Shown: one piece after another, positions 20,179-31,243 of the stretch
Position numbering within the stretch: the stretch's first letter is position 1
Layout of the letters: each line of letters opens with the position of its first letter
From: Candidatus Cloacimonadota bacterium
Lineage (GTDB): Bacteria; Cloacimonadota; Cloacimonadia; G963667145
Length of the DNA: 64,000 nucleotides
Direction: 5' to 3'
Assembly: GCA_963676615.1 (NCBI GenBank)
Contig: OY781092.1
Span: 32,586-96,585 of the forward strand
Made by a program: the position numbers and the translations under genes
Notes under the pieces: model-generated
Databases searched by the model: none
Seen by the model: only the letters and a program-made list of their open reading frames with translations
What the model was told of the DNA's origin: nothing

Positions 20179-20900
20179 AGCAGCCAGCTGGCTTTTTTTG
20201 GGTCGGTTGGCTTTCGGATTCCCCAAGATTCCAGACGCTCCAAAGCGGCAAATTTGTCGCCGTCATAGACGATTTTTCCGTCGTTAACGACCAAAAGTCG
20301 AGTCGCGTGCAAAAGCACTTTTTCCAAATCGTGGGTAATTAAAACGATGGTGAAGCCTTGCCGATGCAGGTCGAGCAAACTCCGCAAAACCATTTGCACG
20401 CTTGGGTAATCCAGCCCGATGAACGGCTCGTCCAGCACCAAAATTTCGGGATTTTGCGCCAAGACGGCGGCGATAGTCACTTTTTTTAGCTGCCCGCCAG
20501 ACAGACGAAACGGCGAACAATCTTGCAGATGGGCGATTCCCATTTTCGCCAAAATTTGCTTAGCTGTCGCTACGGGATTTTTTGCTTTGCTCTGCTTTAG
20601 CCCAAAAAGCACCTCCTCCAAAACGGTCTGACAAAATATTTGCGTGTTGGCTTCCTGAAAAACCAGCCCGATTTTTTTTGGAGAGTTTTTTTGCTTTTGC
20701 AAAGACTTGCCCTTGAAAAAAATCTCGCCGCTGGTTGGTCTGACCAAACCTCCCAAATGCAGCATCGAAACGGTCTTACCCGAGCCGTTTTTCCCTGCGA
20801 AAAGCAAAAATTCGCCTTGTTCTACCGTAAAATTTAGGTCATCTAAAATCGTTTTACCGTCGATTTTTTTGCAAAGATTTTTAACTTCTAGAAGCGGCAT
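20175..20900 (-). CDS. ECF transporter ATPase (BioM/EcfA-like)
   Basis: Walker A GKNGSGKT, signature LSGGQ, Walker B ILVLDEP. Confidence 0.85.
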   Translation of the reverse strand: MPLLEVKNLCKKIDGKTILDDLNFTVEQGEFLLFAGKNGSGKTVSMLHLGGLVRPTSGEIFFKGKSLQKQKNSPKKIGLVFQEANTQIFCQTVLEEVLFGLKQSKAKNPVATAKQILAKMGIAHLQDCSPFRLSGGQLKKVTIAAVLAQNPEILVLDEPFIGLDYPSVQMVLRSLLDLHRQGFTIVLITHDLEKVLLHATRLLVVNDGKIVYDGDKFAALERLESWGIRKPTDPKKASWLL

Positions 20901-20906
20901 TTTGCC

Positions 20907-21437
20907 TCAAAGATTTTGGCGGAAATAGGGAGCGCTCATTTTGGCAAGAACCGCCGCTAGCACGGCTTTGAGCAAGTCTCCAAGCAAAAATGGATAGCAG
21001 CCGACGAGAAAAGTTTTGTGCCAGCTCCAATTTGCGCCAAGCGTGTGTTTGAGCCACAAAAGCCCGAGCGGATAGATGAATAGTCCTGCGACGACGGTGA
21101 TTATTATGTAGCCCGCAAGATTTTTTGGTAATATTTTTTTGAGCAGATTGCCGACCAAAACGCAGACGAAAAATCCGACGATGTAGCCTCCTGTTGGTCC
21201 TAAAATGACCGAAATTCCGCCTTTGCCGAGCGAAAATACAGGAAGCCCCAGCGCTCCCAAAATTATGTAAATCGCAACAGCCACAACGCTTTGCCTGCCC
21301 CTCAGGAGCAAAATGGAGAGAAAAATAAAAAGGTTGGTCAGCACAATCGGCACAGGTCCGACGGGCACGACGGTGTATGAGCCGACGACGAAAAACACCA
21401 CGAATAGCGCGGTGTAGGTGAGTTGTTTGTAGTTCAT
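20907..21437 (-). CDS. bioY: Biotin transporter S component BioY
   Basis: 176-aa 6-TM protein with GPTGGYIVGF and LGDLLK-type BioY motifs. Confidence 0.85.
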   Translation of the reverse strand: MNYKQLTYTALFVVFFVVGSYTVVPVGPVPIVLTNLFIFLSILLLRGRQSVVAVAIYIILGALGLPVFSLGKGGISVILGPTGGYIVGFFVCVLVGNLLKKILPKNLAGYIIITVVAGLFIYPLGLLWLKHTLGANWSWHKTFLVGCYPFLLGDLLKAVLAAVLAKMSAPYFRQNL

Positions 21438-21438
21438 T

Positions 21439-21975
21439 TTAGCTTTTTTCCTCCAAAAAAGTCAAGACGGTCGAGCCGCTTTTTTTGGTTTTAAAGATTG
21501 CGAAATCTTCGCTTTCTACCTTTTCTTTTGGCGAATGCTCGGCGACGATGACGCCGCTTGGTGCAAGCAAATTTTGCGCCGCAATCAAATTTAGGCAATC
21601 GTTTACTAGCCCAAAATCGTAGGGCGGATCTAGAAAAATCAGCTCAAATTTTTGCTGGCATTTTTTTAGAAAAGCGTCCGCTTTTTTTTGCGAGAGTTGA
21701 CAACGAGAGGCGATTTGCAATTTGGCGATATTTTTTTTTACGATTGATAAAGAGGCTGCCGAGGCGTCCACAAACTGGGCGAACTCTGCGCCCCTGCTGA
21801 TGGCTTCTAGCCCTAAGCCTCCGAAACCTGCGAACAAATCGAGCACTTTTTTTCCCTGGCACGAGCCGATTATTGAAAAAATCCGCTCTTTGCAGGCGTC
21901 AGCTGTGGGACGCACCTTAGAAGATTTAGCAGAAAAAAGCGGGAACCCTTTGAACTCGCCAGCAACGATTCGCAT
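21439..21975 (-). CDS. rsmD: 16S rRNA (guanine966-N2)-methyltransferase RsmD
   Basis: MRIVAGEFKG...RPT N-terminus, DLFAGFGGLGLEA SAM motif and DPPY. Confidence 0.85.
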   Translation of the reverse strand: MRIVAGEFKGFPLFSAKSSKVRPTADACKERIFSIIGSCQGKKVLDLFAGFGGLGLEAISRGAEFAQFVDASAASLSIVKKNIAKLQIASRCQLSQKKADAFLKKCQQKFELIFLDPPYDFGLVNDCLNLIAAQNLLAPSGVIVAEHSPKEKVESEDFAIFKTKKSGSTVLTFLEEKS

Positions 21976-21981
21976 TTTTTC

Positions 21982-22611
21982 CTAGAGTTTCAACAATTTC
22001 TTCAGCTGTCCGATGGTGATTTGCGTCAGCTTCGCATTTTGGTCAAAATGCTCGCCAACTTTTTCCAGAAGCTGAGCGACGCTCATTTTTTCAAAATCGG
22101 TGCTTTTTTTGGCTGTAGTCTCGTCTGGCAGAGGCGATTTTTCCTTTTGTGTAACTTCTTTTTTTTCAGCAACTTCAATCGCTTCAGACTCTTCTTCTTG
22201 TGGCACTTGCTTTTTGAAATCAGCCAAACTTATGCCCGCGTCAAGATTTAGACTAAGCTCATCGATTTTTTCGTCTTTTTCGCTTTTGGTCGTGTCCACT
22301 TTTTGCGAAGTGTCCGAATTTTCCGCCTGAGCGGGCTCTGCTATCGGCTGTTCACACTCCTCCAGCATCAACTTTTTATACTCATTGTGCGGCATAAGCT
22401 TGATTTTTTGCAACTGCTCATCGTTAAAAATAGTCAAGACCAGAGAGTCGTAGCCCAAATTTTTCCGTTCGAAAAATTTTTTGGTCAGCTCGCGCTCTTT
22501 TTTTTTCGCCAACTTGTCCGTTTTCGCCAAAAGGTGATACACCCCAAGAGCGTGCGTGAACTCGCCTTGCTTCTCGTAAAGCTTTGCCATTGTGAAAGTT
22601 GGAGTTATCAT
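21982..22611 (-). CDS. Hypothetical acidic protein
   Basis: ORF only. The N-terminus has one TPR-like helix pair and the centre is acidic and low-complexity. Confidence 0.5.
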   Translation of the reverse strand: MITPTFTMAKLYEKQGEFTHALGVYHLLAKTDKLAKKKERELTKKFFERKNLGYDSLVLTIFNDEQLQKIKLMPHNEYKKLMLEECEQPIAEPAQAENSDTSQKVDTTKSEKDEKIDELSLNLDAGISLADFKKQVPQEEESEAIEVAEKKEVTQKEKSPLPDETTAKKSTDFEKMSVAQLLEKVGEHFDQNAKLTQITIGQLKKLLKL

Positions 22612-22626
22612 CTTCGTCGCCCAAAA

Positions 22627-24701
<2,075 letters not shown>

Positions 24702-24709
<8 letters not shown>

Positions 24710-25598
24710 CCAAATCCTTTTCGATGTTAAACGCAGCAACGGCGCCGTCGGCAGCCGCGGTGATGACTTGGCGGAGCGACTTTTGGCAGATGTCGCCAGC
24801 GGCATAAATCGCAGGAACGCTGGTTTTTTGCTGCCGGTCGGTAACGATGAAGCCGCGCTCGTCCAGCTGCACCAAATTTTGCACCAAATCGGTTTGCGGT
24901 TTCGTTCCCACATAGACAAAAACTCCGTCCACGGCAACCTTTTTCGTTTCATCGCTCTTCACATTTTTCAGGTGCAAAGCGGAAACTTTTTCGCCGCCTT
25001 CGATTTCTAAAACGACACAATCCCAGACGAAATCGATTTTCTCGTTTTTGCGGGCTCGATCGGCGATAACTTTGGTGGCTCGCAGCTTGTCGCGACGGTG
25101 AACGATGTAAACTTTGCTGGCGAATTTGCTCAAAAAAAGAGCCTCTTCCACGGCAGCGTCTCCGCCTCCGATAACGGCGACGATTTTATCTTTGAAAAAA
25201 GCGCCATCGCAGGTGGCACAATAGGATACGCCCTTGCCGACGAACTTTTTTTCGCCAGGAACATCAAGGAGTGCGGGCTTTGCGCCCATTGCCAAAACGA
25301 CGCTTTTGCAGCTGTAGCTGTTTTGCGTTGTTTCGACCAAATTTTGCTCGATTTTAACCACCTCTTCGCTTTTGATTTGGCAACCAAAACTTTCTGCTTG
25401 CTTGCGAAAAATGTCGGTCAGAGCAAATCCGTCGCCCTCGAGGTAGCCGGGATAGTTCTCGATGTGAGCGGTCTGGGTTATCTGTCCGCCTACAAAAACT
25501 TTCTCCAAAATTAAAGTCTTCAGTCCGCCTCGTGCGGCGTATATGCCCGCGGCAAGACCAGCTGGGCCGCCGCCTACAACAATCAAATCATAACTCAT
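24702..25598 (-). CDS. trxB: Thioredoxin-disulfide reductase
   Basis: GGGPAG FAD motif, redox CATCDG and GGGDAAVEEA NADPH motif. Confidence 0.92.
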
Positions 25599-25878
25599 CG
25601 TCTGTCTCCTTCTGCGTGATTTTTAGGTAAATTTGCTCTGCGGGGATTGTCGCAATTTTTGCGTTTTCGTCCAACTTTTTTTCCGCAATTTTCTCGCCAT
25701 TTGTGCCGACAAACTGCAAGTTGGCATTTCCAAGAGTTTTGTTTTTTCCGACAAAAACAAGCTCGGTTGAGATTTCTTCGTTTTGTAAATCGTCTGTCCG
25801 CAAAAGAAAATCGCAGGCGGTGAAAATCGCCAAAAAAGCAAAAATCGCAGCGCAGATAATCAGTTTTTTATTTTTCAT
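25588..25878 (-). CDS. Small lipoprotein
   Basis: MKNKKLIICAAIFAFLAIFTAC lipobox. Start taken at the internal Met just after the upstream stop. Confidence 0.55.
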   Translation of the reverse strand: MKNKKLIICAAIFAFLAIFTACDFLLRTDDLQNEEISTELVFVGKNKTLGNANLQFVGTNGEKIAEKKLDENAKIATIPAEQIYLKITQKETDDEL

Positions 25879-25880
25879 CG

Positions 25881-26867
25881 TTAGTTGATGCGAAAGCGTT
25901 CGATTTTGTCGGCGGACATTTTTTTTGCCGAAGCCAAAGCAAAGTCGCTGCCGATTTTTCCCCAGCCGATTGGGTGGTTTTGACCGCTTTCGACTTTTGG
26001 ACAATATTTCAGCAAAATCGCCCCGCAAAGCTCAATAGTGGCGATGCTGACCTCTTTTTTGCTAAAAATCAGTCCCAGAGGTGAAGCTGTATTTTTGGCG
26101 ATAATGCCCAGTTTGCCCTTTCCTTCTCGTGCGAAAAAGTTGTTGTCGCCCTGATTTTTGCCCAGCACCAATTTGGTCTCTTTGTCGATGCGGAAATGCC
26201 TGCCGCGATTAAGAAAAGTGAGCGCTTCCAAATCGAGCATCTGGAAATCCAGTAGGTCTTGCAGCCTTTGGCAATAGCCTTTGGTGGTCAGCAGGCAGCC
26301 GCCACCAGAAGAAGGAATCGTGGGCAGATGGAATTTTTGTGCCAGCTCCAGCTGCGCTTTGCGGGAGCGACCAGAAATATCCAGCAAGTCGTTTTTATCG
26401 ACAAGCCCCTGGCGGATTGGCATCGTGTCTGGGAGCAGTTTTTGCGAGAGCGGGCGCACGATTAAATCTTTGATTCCGCTGATTTTATCCACCGCCGCCA
26501 GAGAGTTCTTCATCTGTGACATCGGGCGCTGAGAGACGACCTCGCCGCTGCAAATAAAAGCGGCTTTCTCTTCGAGCATAATTTTGTGAGCCTTGCTCAG
26601 CATAAGCCCGTGGCAGTCGATGCACGGGTTGAGGTTTTTTCCGTAGCCGTATTTCGGGCTTTTCAGCATCGGTAGATAATCTTCGCTAATATCCACGATT
26701 TTGAGCGGAAAGCCGTTTTCTCTGGCGATTTTGATAGCTTTGTCTGGGGGAAAAAACGGCGTCGAAAAACACACTGGCAGCACATCAAATCCGAGATTTT
26801 GCATCAGATAAACGATGAGGATGCTGTCTAGTCCTCCAGAAAAAAGGGAAATAATTTTCGTTTTCAT
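25881..26867 (-). CDS. PP-loop ATP pyrophosphatase (ThiI/MnmA-like tRNA sulfurtransferase family)
   Basis: SLFSGGLDS PP-loop and NPCIDCH cysteine motif. Confidence 0.65.
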   Translation of the reverse strand: MKTKIISLFSGGLDSILIVYLMQNLGFDVLPVCFSTPFFPPDKAIKIARENGFPLKIVDISEDYLPMLKSPKYGYGKNLNPCIDCHGLMLSKAHKIMLEEKAAFICSGEVVSQRPMSQMKNSLAAVDKISGIKDLIVRPLSQKLLPDTMPIRQGLVDKNDLLDISGRSRKAQLELAQKFHLPTIPSSGGGCLLTTKGYCQRLQDLLDFQMLDLEALTFLNRGRHFRIDKETKLVLGKNQGDNNFFAREGKGKLGIIAKNTASPLGLIFSKKEVSIATIELCGAILLKYCPKVESGQNHPIGWGKIGSDFALASAKKMSADKIERFRIN

Positions 26868-26940
26868 GTTAACTTTTTCGTGTTTTTTTAACATGAGTTT
26901 TTTTCGTGTTAACTTTTTCGCTTTTTTTTAACACAACATT
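26861..26940. repeat. 40-bp imperfect tandem duplication spanning the Fic stop and PP-loop gene start
   Basis: Unit 1 is 26861-26900 and unit 2 is 26901-26940. The cores GTTAACTTTTTCG..TTTTTTTAACA at 26868-26893 and 26908-26933 differ at 2 of 26 positions. Confidence 0.85.
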
Positions 26941-28011
26941 TCGTTTTCTGCTAAATAATTCAAAAAGTTTGGTGTTGGTAAAGTAGCTAAACTTCCCTTT
27001 TTGAACCTTTTCCATCAAGTTGTCTGGGTGCTTTGCGATTTCGTTCAGATATTTTGCGGCGGTTTGCCTTGTGACTCTCAAATCTTTTTCAACAAACGGA
27101 ATTTTTGTGTAAGGGTGCTTGAAAAGGCAATTTAGCAGGTCTTGAGAATAAAACGAAAAATTGTTGCGCAAAAAAGATTTATATTCGAGCATCAAAGTTT
27201 TTATCTCGTCGATGATTTTGATTGTGTCCAAAGAGGTTAGCCGAACTCCCTCGAGCATAAAAATTATCCAACTTTCCCAATCGTTGTTGTCGCGCACATT
27301 TTGCAAAAAGTGGTAATATTCGGCTTTATTTTGGATGATGAAGCGGCTCAAATATAGAATCGGCAGCCTCAAGAGGTCTTTTGAAATCAAGTATAAAATA
27401 TTCAAAATCCTGCCAGTTCTGCCATTGCCGTCGTAAAATGGGTGAATGGATTCGAATTGGAAATGCATAATCGCCATTTTGATGAGCGGGTCGATGTCGT
27501 GCTTGGCGTCGTCGTTAATGTAATCGACAAAATCGCCCATTAGCTCTTTAATCAGCGGCGCATTTTGCGGAGGCTCATAAATAATCTCGCTCGTGGCGTC
27601 GTTTTTTAAAGTCGTGCCGGGCAATTTTCGATATCCGGCTTTGTTTTGCTCCAAAATTTCTTGGATAGTCAAGATGCAGTCGTTGGAGATAAACCCTTTT
27701 GCCAAGACCCGTGCAAAGCCTTCTTGCAGGGCGAAATTGTAGTTTTGCACCTCTTTGGTGGCGATATTTTTTATGAAACTTTGGTCAAGTTCTGCCTTGA
27801 AAATCTCGTCGTTAGTCGTGATAATGTTTTCCACTTCGGAACTGTTTTTCGCCTCTTGCAGCCCCAAAGAGTTTATCAAAATTGCTTGATTGGGGATAGT
27901 GCCGACAAAACCTTTCAGCTCGGAAAGCGCAGCTTTTGCTTCGCCCAATTTTTTCAAGATATTTTTCGACTCAAATTCGAATTTTGGGGGTAATTTTGCA
28001 GGTCTATACAT
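26869..28011 (-). CDS. Fic family protein (putative AMPylase) with N-terminal inhibitory helix
   Basis: HPFYDGNGRTGR Fic motif, SSEVEN matching the (S/T)xxxE(G/N) auto-inhibition motif, and a C-terminal wHTH-like region. Confidence 0.9.
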   Translation of the reverse strand: MYRPAKLPPKFEFESKNILKKLGEAKAALSELKGFVGTIPNQAILINSLGLQEAKNSSEVENIITTNDEIFKAELDQSFIKNIATKEVQNYNFALQEGFARVLAKGFISNDCILTIQEILEQNKAGYRKLPGTTLKNDATSEIIYEPPQNAPLIKELMGDFVDYINDDAKHDIDPLIKMAIMHFQFESIHPFYDGNGRTGRILNILYLISKDLLRLPILYLSRFIIQNKAEYYHFLQNVRDNNDWESWIIFMLEGVRLTSLDTIKIIDEIKTLMLEYKSFLRNNFSFYSQDLLNCLFKHPYTKIPFVEKDLRVTRQTAAKYLNEIAKHPDNLMEKVQKGKFSYFTNTKLFELFSRKRNVVLKKSEKVNTKKTHVKKTRKS

Positions 28012-28048
28012 TACATTTTTTACTCAATTTTATGGCGTTTTTCAAAAT

Positions 28049-28061
28049 GAGCCAAAGATGG
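28049..28061. repeat. Prophage attachment core (left copy)
   Basis: GAGCCAAAGATGG is identical to 60053-60065, which is the 3' acceptor strand of tRNA-Thr. Confidence 0.7.
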
Positions 28062-28217
28062 TGTCGTTAGTTATATTTTGCTGTGTAAAAGTAGTTTACG
28101 GCTTTTTAATGATAACCCAAAAGTCATTCTAGAGTCAACTCTTTTTCCATTTTCATTTAATAATTTCCATACTGTTATATAATATCACTTTGTCAAGCCT
28201 AGATTTAGGAGATAAAA

Positions 28218-29039
28218 ATGGCGAAACACAAACAAATTAGTTCAGATTTCTGGGCTGATCCGTTTATTGAGGATTTAGACCCGATAGAAAAGTTGTTATA
28301 TCTCTATCTTATTACAAATGAACGAAATAATCTCATTGGTGTTTATGAAATTACTTTAAAAAGGATTGGCAACGAAACGGGCATAGATAGAGATATGGTC
28401 GCTAAAATTATAGGGAGGTTTGCCGATAAAGACAAAATTCATTACACTGATAAACATATCATTATTGTTAATTTTTGGAAATACACCTCGAAATCTCCAA
28501 CTACAATTGAGCCAAAACACAAATTACTCGAAGAGCTGCCCGAGGCAGTTAAGGAGTTCATAGTTTCCCAGAGTTCAAGAGTTTATGAAAGTGTGATGAT
28601 AGGGTATGGATACCCTATAGATACCCTATGGGTATCTTTTTATAAGAGTAAAAGTAAAAGAAAGAGTATAAATAAGAATATAAAACAAGAAAAAGAAAAT
28701 ACCAGGGGAAAAGAAGAAAAAAACGGATTGGATTTTTCAAAGTTTGGTGGTTGTAGAGATGTTTTGTTGGAGTTCTGCAATTATCGCAAAGAGATTAAAA
28801 AGCCTATTCGATCGCAGAAATCGCTAAATTTGTTGTATGAAAAATTAAAAGATTTGTCTGGGTCAAATCTGGTAATTGCCAAAAAAATTGTTTATAACAG
28901 CATCGCAAATGGCTGGCAGGGCTTATTTCCTCTGAATAAAAAGCCAATCTGTCAGCATCAATCAGCACTCAAAGACCATCTGCAGAGTTTCAGGGATTTT
29001 CCTGATTACGAAGAAAAAAAGCCAAGATGGAGCGTGTAA
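28218..29039 (+). CDS. Phage replication initiation / replisome-organiser-like protein
   Basis: N-terminal FWADPFIEDLDPIEKLLYLYLI wHTH-like region. Immediately upstream of the DnaC-like loader. Confidence 0.6.
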   Translation: MAKHKQISSDFWADPFIEDLDPIEKLLYLYLITNERNNLIGVYEITLKRIGNETGIDRDMVAKIIGRFADKDKIHYTDKHIIIVNFWKYTSKSPTTIEPKHKLLEELPEAVKEFIVSQSSRVYESVMIGYGYPIDTLWVSFYKSKSKRKSINKNIKQEKENTRGKEEKNGLDFSKFGGCRDVLLEFCNYRKEIKKPIRSQKSLNLLYEKLKDLSGSNLVIAKKIVYNSIANGWQGLFPLNKKPICQHQSALKDHLQSFRDFPDYEEKKPRWSV

Positions 29040-29040
29040 A

Positions 29041-29814
29041 ATGGTAAGCACAGATTTCAAAAAGGCAAGCGAATTTTCGCCAAAAGTCGCTGGTTTGGAT
29101 ATAAATTTTCGGACAGGAAAAACCTGCTGGAACGGTCAGAGTGTTGCTTCTACACCATCTGATTTACCGCGCAGAACCTATGCAAGTTTCAGAAAAATAA
29201 GAGTTAATAAATTTTATTTGTCAAGTGAATATCTAAAAAATTCAACTCCAGCCGTGCGTGAAATTGCTGATAATTTTGAGGATTTACTGGCTACTGAAAA
29301 GCCGATGAATTATTTCTTTTTTGGCTTTGTAGGAAGCGGTAAATCCACATTTTGCAAAGCAGTTTTGGAGGCTCTTGCTTTCAAAAGCTACTGGTTTAAT
29401 TTCCGTGAAGACAACAACGAGATGATAAATCAAGAGTTCGTTGGTAACGGCAATTTCTGCATATATCTTGAAGCCGACAACCTCTATGCAAAATATTTGG
29501 CAGGTATAAATAACTCCGATTGCCGAATTGATATAAAAAAAATCGTGAATGCTAAATGCTTAATTATTGATGATTTGCTAAGCGAAAAAAGGACAGAAGC
29601 AAGCCGTGAGTTTTTTTATAGCCTATTGAAAATGCGCCACGATGCCATCCAAAATGGCGGCTGTAAGCTGACGATTTACACATCAAACGAGAAAAAACGC
29701 GACCTTGCCCTTAGTTACGAGCCAGCGGGTATCACGATTGGCAAAGCTCGCCTTTTTGACCGACTTAAAGATTTCTATTCGGTCGAGTTCCCGAGAAAAA
29801 GTTTTAGGAGATAG
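29041..29814 (+). CDS. DnaC/IstB-like AAA+ helicase loader
   Basis: Walker A GFVGSGKST and Walker B LIIDDL. Confidence 0.75.
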   Translation: MVSTDFKKASEFSPKVAGLDINFRTGKTCWNGQSVASTPSDLPRRTYASFRKIRVNKFYLSSEYLKNSTPAVREIADNFEDLLATEKPMNYFFFGFVGSGKSTFCKAVLEALAFKSYWFNFREDNNEMINQEFVGNGNFCIYLEADNLYAKYLAGINNSDCRIDIKKIVNAKCLIIDDLLSEKRTEASREFFYSLLKMRHDAIQNGGCKLTIYTSNEKKRDLALSYEPAGITIGKARLFDRLKDFYSVEFPRKSFRR

Positions 29815-29863
29815 GAGGAAGAATGAAAATTTTAAAAATAATCAAAAAAACAGGAGAGAAGAG

Positions 29864-30310
29864 ATGAAAGTATTAAGAATGCCGAGTGTAAATAGTTTGA
29901 CAATTACTGGGCGAGTAACCGCTGACCTAGAGCCACGCTATTTGCAGTCTGGGGCTGTTGTGCTAACCATTCCGATAGCATACTCTAGCAATTACAAGGA
30001 TAAAGCGGGGCAGTGGCAGCAAGAGACCAGTTTTTTCAATGTGGTAGTTTGGGGTAAATCCGCCGAGTATTGTGTCGCCAATCTCAGCAAGGGCGATCCC
30101 GTGTTGATTGAGGGAAGCTTAAAGGCGGAGCATTACACCAGCCAAGATGGCAAAAAAACTACTGCTGTAAAAATTAGGGCTACTAGGGTTATTCCACTGG
30201 AACGGGAACGCGTTGAACAAAATGTTCAAGGGGACGATTTGCCTAATGCTGCAGAGTCGCACGACCACGCGGGCGAAGTTGGGGCAGAGCAAGAGTCCGT
30301 GCCGTTTTGA
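29864..30310 (+). CDS. ssb: Single-stranded DNA-binding protein
   Basis: OB-fold pattern (LTITGRVTADLEPRY, FFNVVVWGKSAE, GDPVLIEGSL) and an acidic tail ending PF. Internal ATG 29864 has a GGAGAG SD. Confidence 0.9.
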   Translation: MKVLRMPSVNSLTITGRVTADLEPRYLQSGAVVLTIPIAYSSNYKDKAGQWQQETSFFNVVVWGKSAEYCVANLSKGDPVLIEGSLKAEHYTSQDGKKTTAVKIRATRVIPLERERVEQNVQGDDLPNAAESHDHAGEVGAEQESVPF

Positions 30311-30329
30311 TGTTAAAGGGGGGAGAAAT

Positions 30330-30437
30330 ATGAGCAGGCGAATATCGGAATGTAATGGTTGCCCGAATGACGGCACGTGTGAATATCAAGACTTGGGCGA
30401 TTGTGAATGTTGCCACACGGCAATGTATCCACATTAA
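30330..30437 (+). CDS. Small Cys-rich protein (35 aa)
   Basis: Strong GGGGGGAG SD 6 nt upstream. 7 Cys in 35 aa. Confidence 0.35.
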   Translation: MSRRISECNGCPNDGTCEYQDLGDCECCHTAMYPH

Positions 30438-30457
30438 GTAGACAAAGAGAGGGAATT

Positions 30458-30949
30458 ATGTTAGCGATAGGAATAGATAACGGCGTAACAGGTGCGATAG
30501 CTTTTTTGCAGGGGGCAGCCGCCGAGTTGTATCCGATGTCAACCGTTCAGAGGTTGAGCTACACGAAGAAAAAACAGTATGTTAATCTTGTTGATGCCAA
30601 CAAGCTGACAGCAATTTTGGTCGAAAAAATCGCCGAAGCCCGAAAAGCAGACATCAGCCTTTTTGCCTACATTGAACGCCCGATGGTCAACCCCAAGATG
30701 TTCAGGTCGTCGCTGTCTGCGGTGATGGCGTTTTGGGATGTTGTGCGGATTTTGGGAAATTTGGGGATTGGCTACAGAGTTACGGATAGTAAGCAGTGGC
30801 AAAGACGCTATTTGCCCGCAGGTTGCAAGGGGGCAGAGCTAAAGAAGGCAAGCGCAGAACGAGAGCAAAACGACTATTATGCAACATCTCCTGAAGCAAT
30901 AAGACTTCTTTTAAAAATGGATAGGAAGAAAAGGGGGAGTGAAAAATGA
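30458..30949 (+). CDS. RuvC-like Holliday junction resolvase
   Basis: MLAIGIDNGVTGA (catalytic Asp in strand 1), FAYIERP and QW..RY patterns typical of phage RuvC-fold resolvases. Confidence 0.6.
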   Translation: MLAIGIDNGVTGAIAFLQGAAAELYPMSTVQRLSYTKKKQYVNLVDANKLTAILVEKIAEARKADISLFAYIERPMVNPKMFRSSLSAVMAFWDVVRILGNLGIGYRVTDSKQWQRRYLPAGCKGAELKKASAEREQNDYYATSPEAIRLLLKMDRKKRGSEK

Positions 30950-31197
30950 GAGATAAAGAACTTAGAGCGTGGGTTGACTGTCGAGAAAACGAGCCATATT
31001 TAAGTGATAGATTGGTTCTTGTGCATTTTGAAAATGGGAACATCGACACAGTTCATGTTGAAGATTTTTTCAGAGAAATACCTAATGGTGTTGAAAATGG
31101 TGTCCAAAAATATACAAAGTGGTTTTTGCATAGTAATCCAAAATGCACGCATTGGATGGAGTTGCCAGCACCTCCCGATGTAGAACAAGGAGCTTAA
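30946..31197 (+). CDS. Hypothetical phage protein (DUF551-like)
   Basis: ATGA-coupled ORF. The W...ENEP...VLV...HWMELPAPP pattern resembles DUF551. Confidence 0.4.
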   Translation: MRDKELRAWVDCRENEPYLSDRLVLVHFENGNIDTVHVEDFFREIPNGVENGVQKYTKWFLHSNPKCTHWMELPAPPDVEQGA

Positions 31198-31243
31198 AAA
31201 TGCGAGATATAGAATTTAGAGCAAAAGACCTCGGGGGAAAAAA

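Noticed and set aside
24710-24952. N-terminal 81-codon extension of the prmC ORF
   Set aside because: It overlaps the 3' end of trxB and translates to non-protein-like sequence. The in-frame GTG 24709 fits the normal PrmC length.
28049-28061. Possibility that the 13-bp att match is a chance occurrence
   Set aside because: This was considered. An exact 13-mer from the tRNA 3' end, lying in the short gap between host and phage genes and in the correct orientation, is very unlikely by chance. The call is kept but flagged for experimental confirmation.
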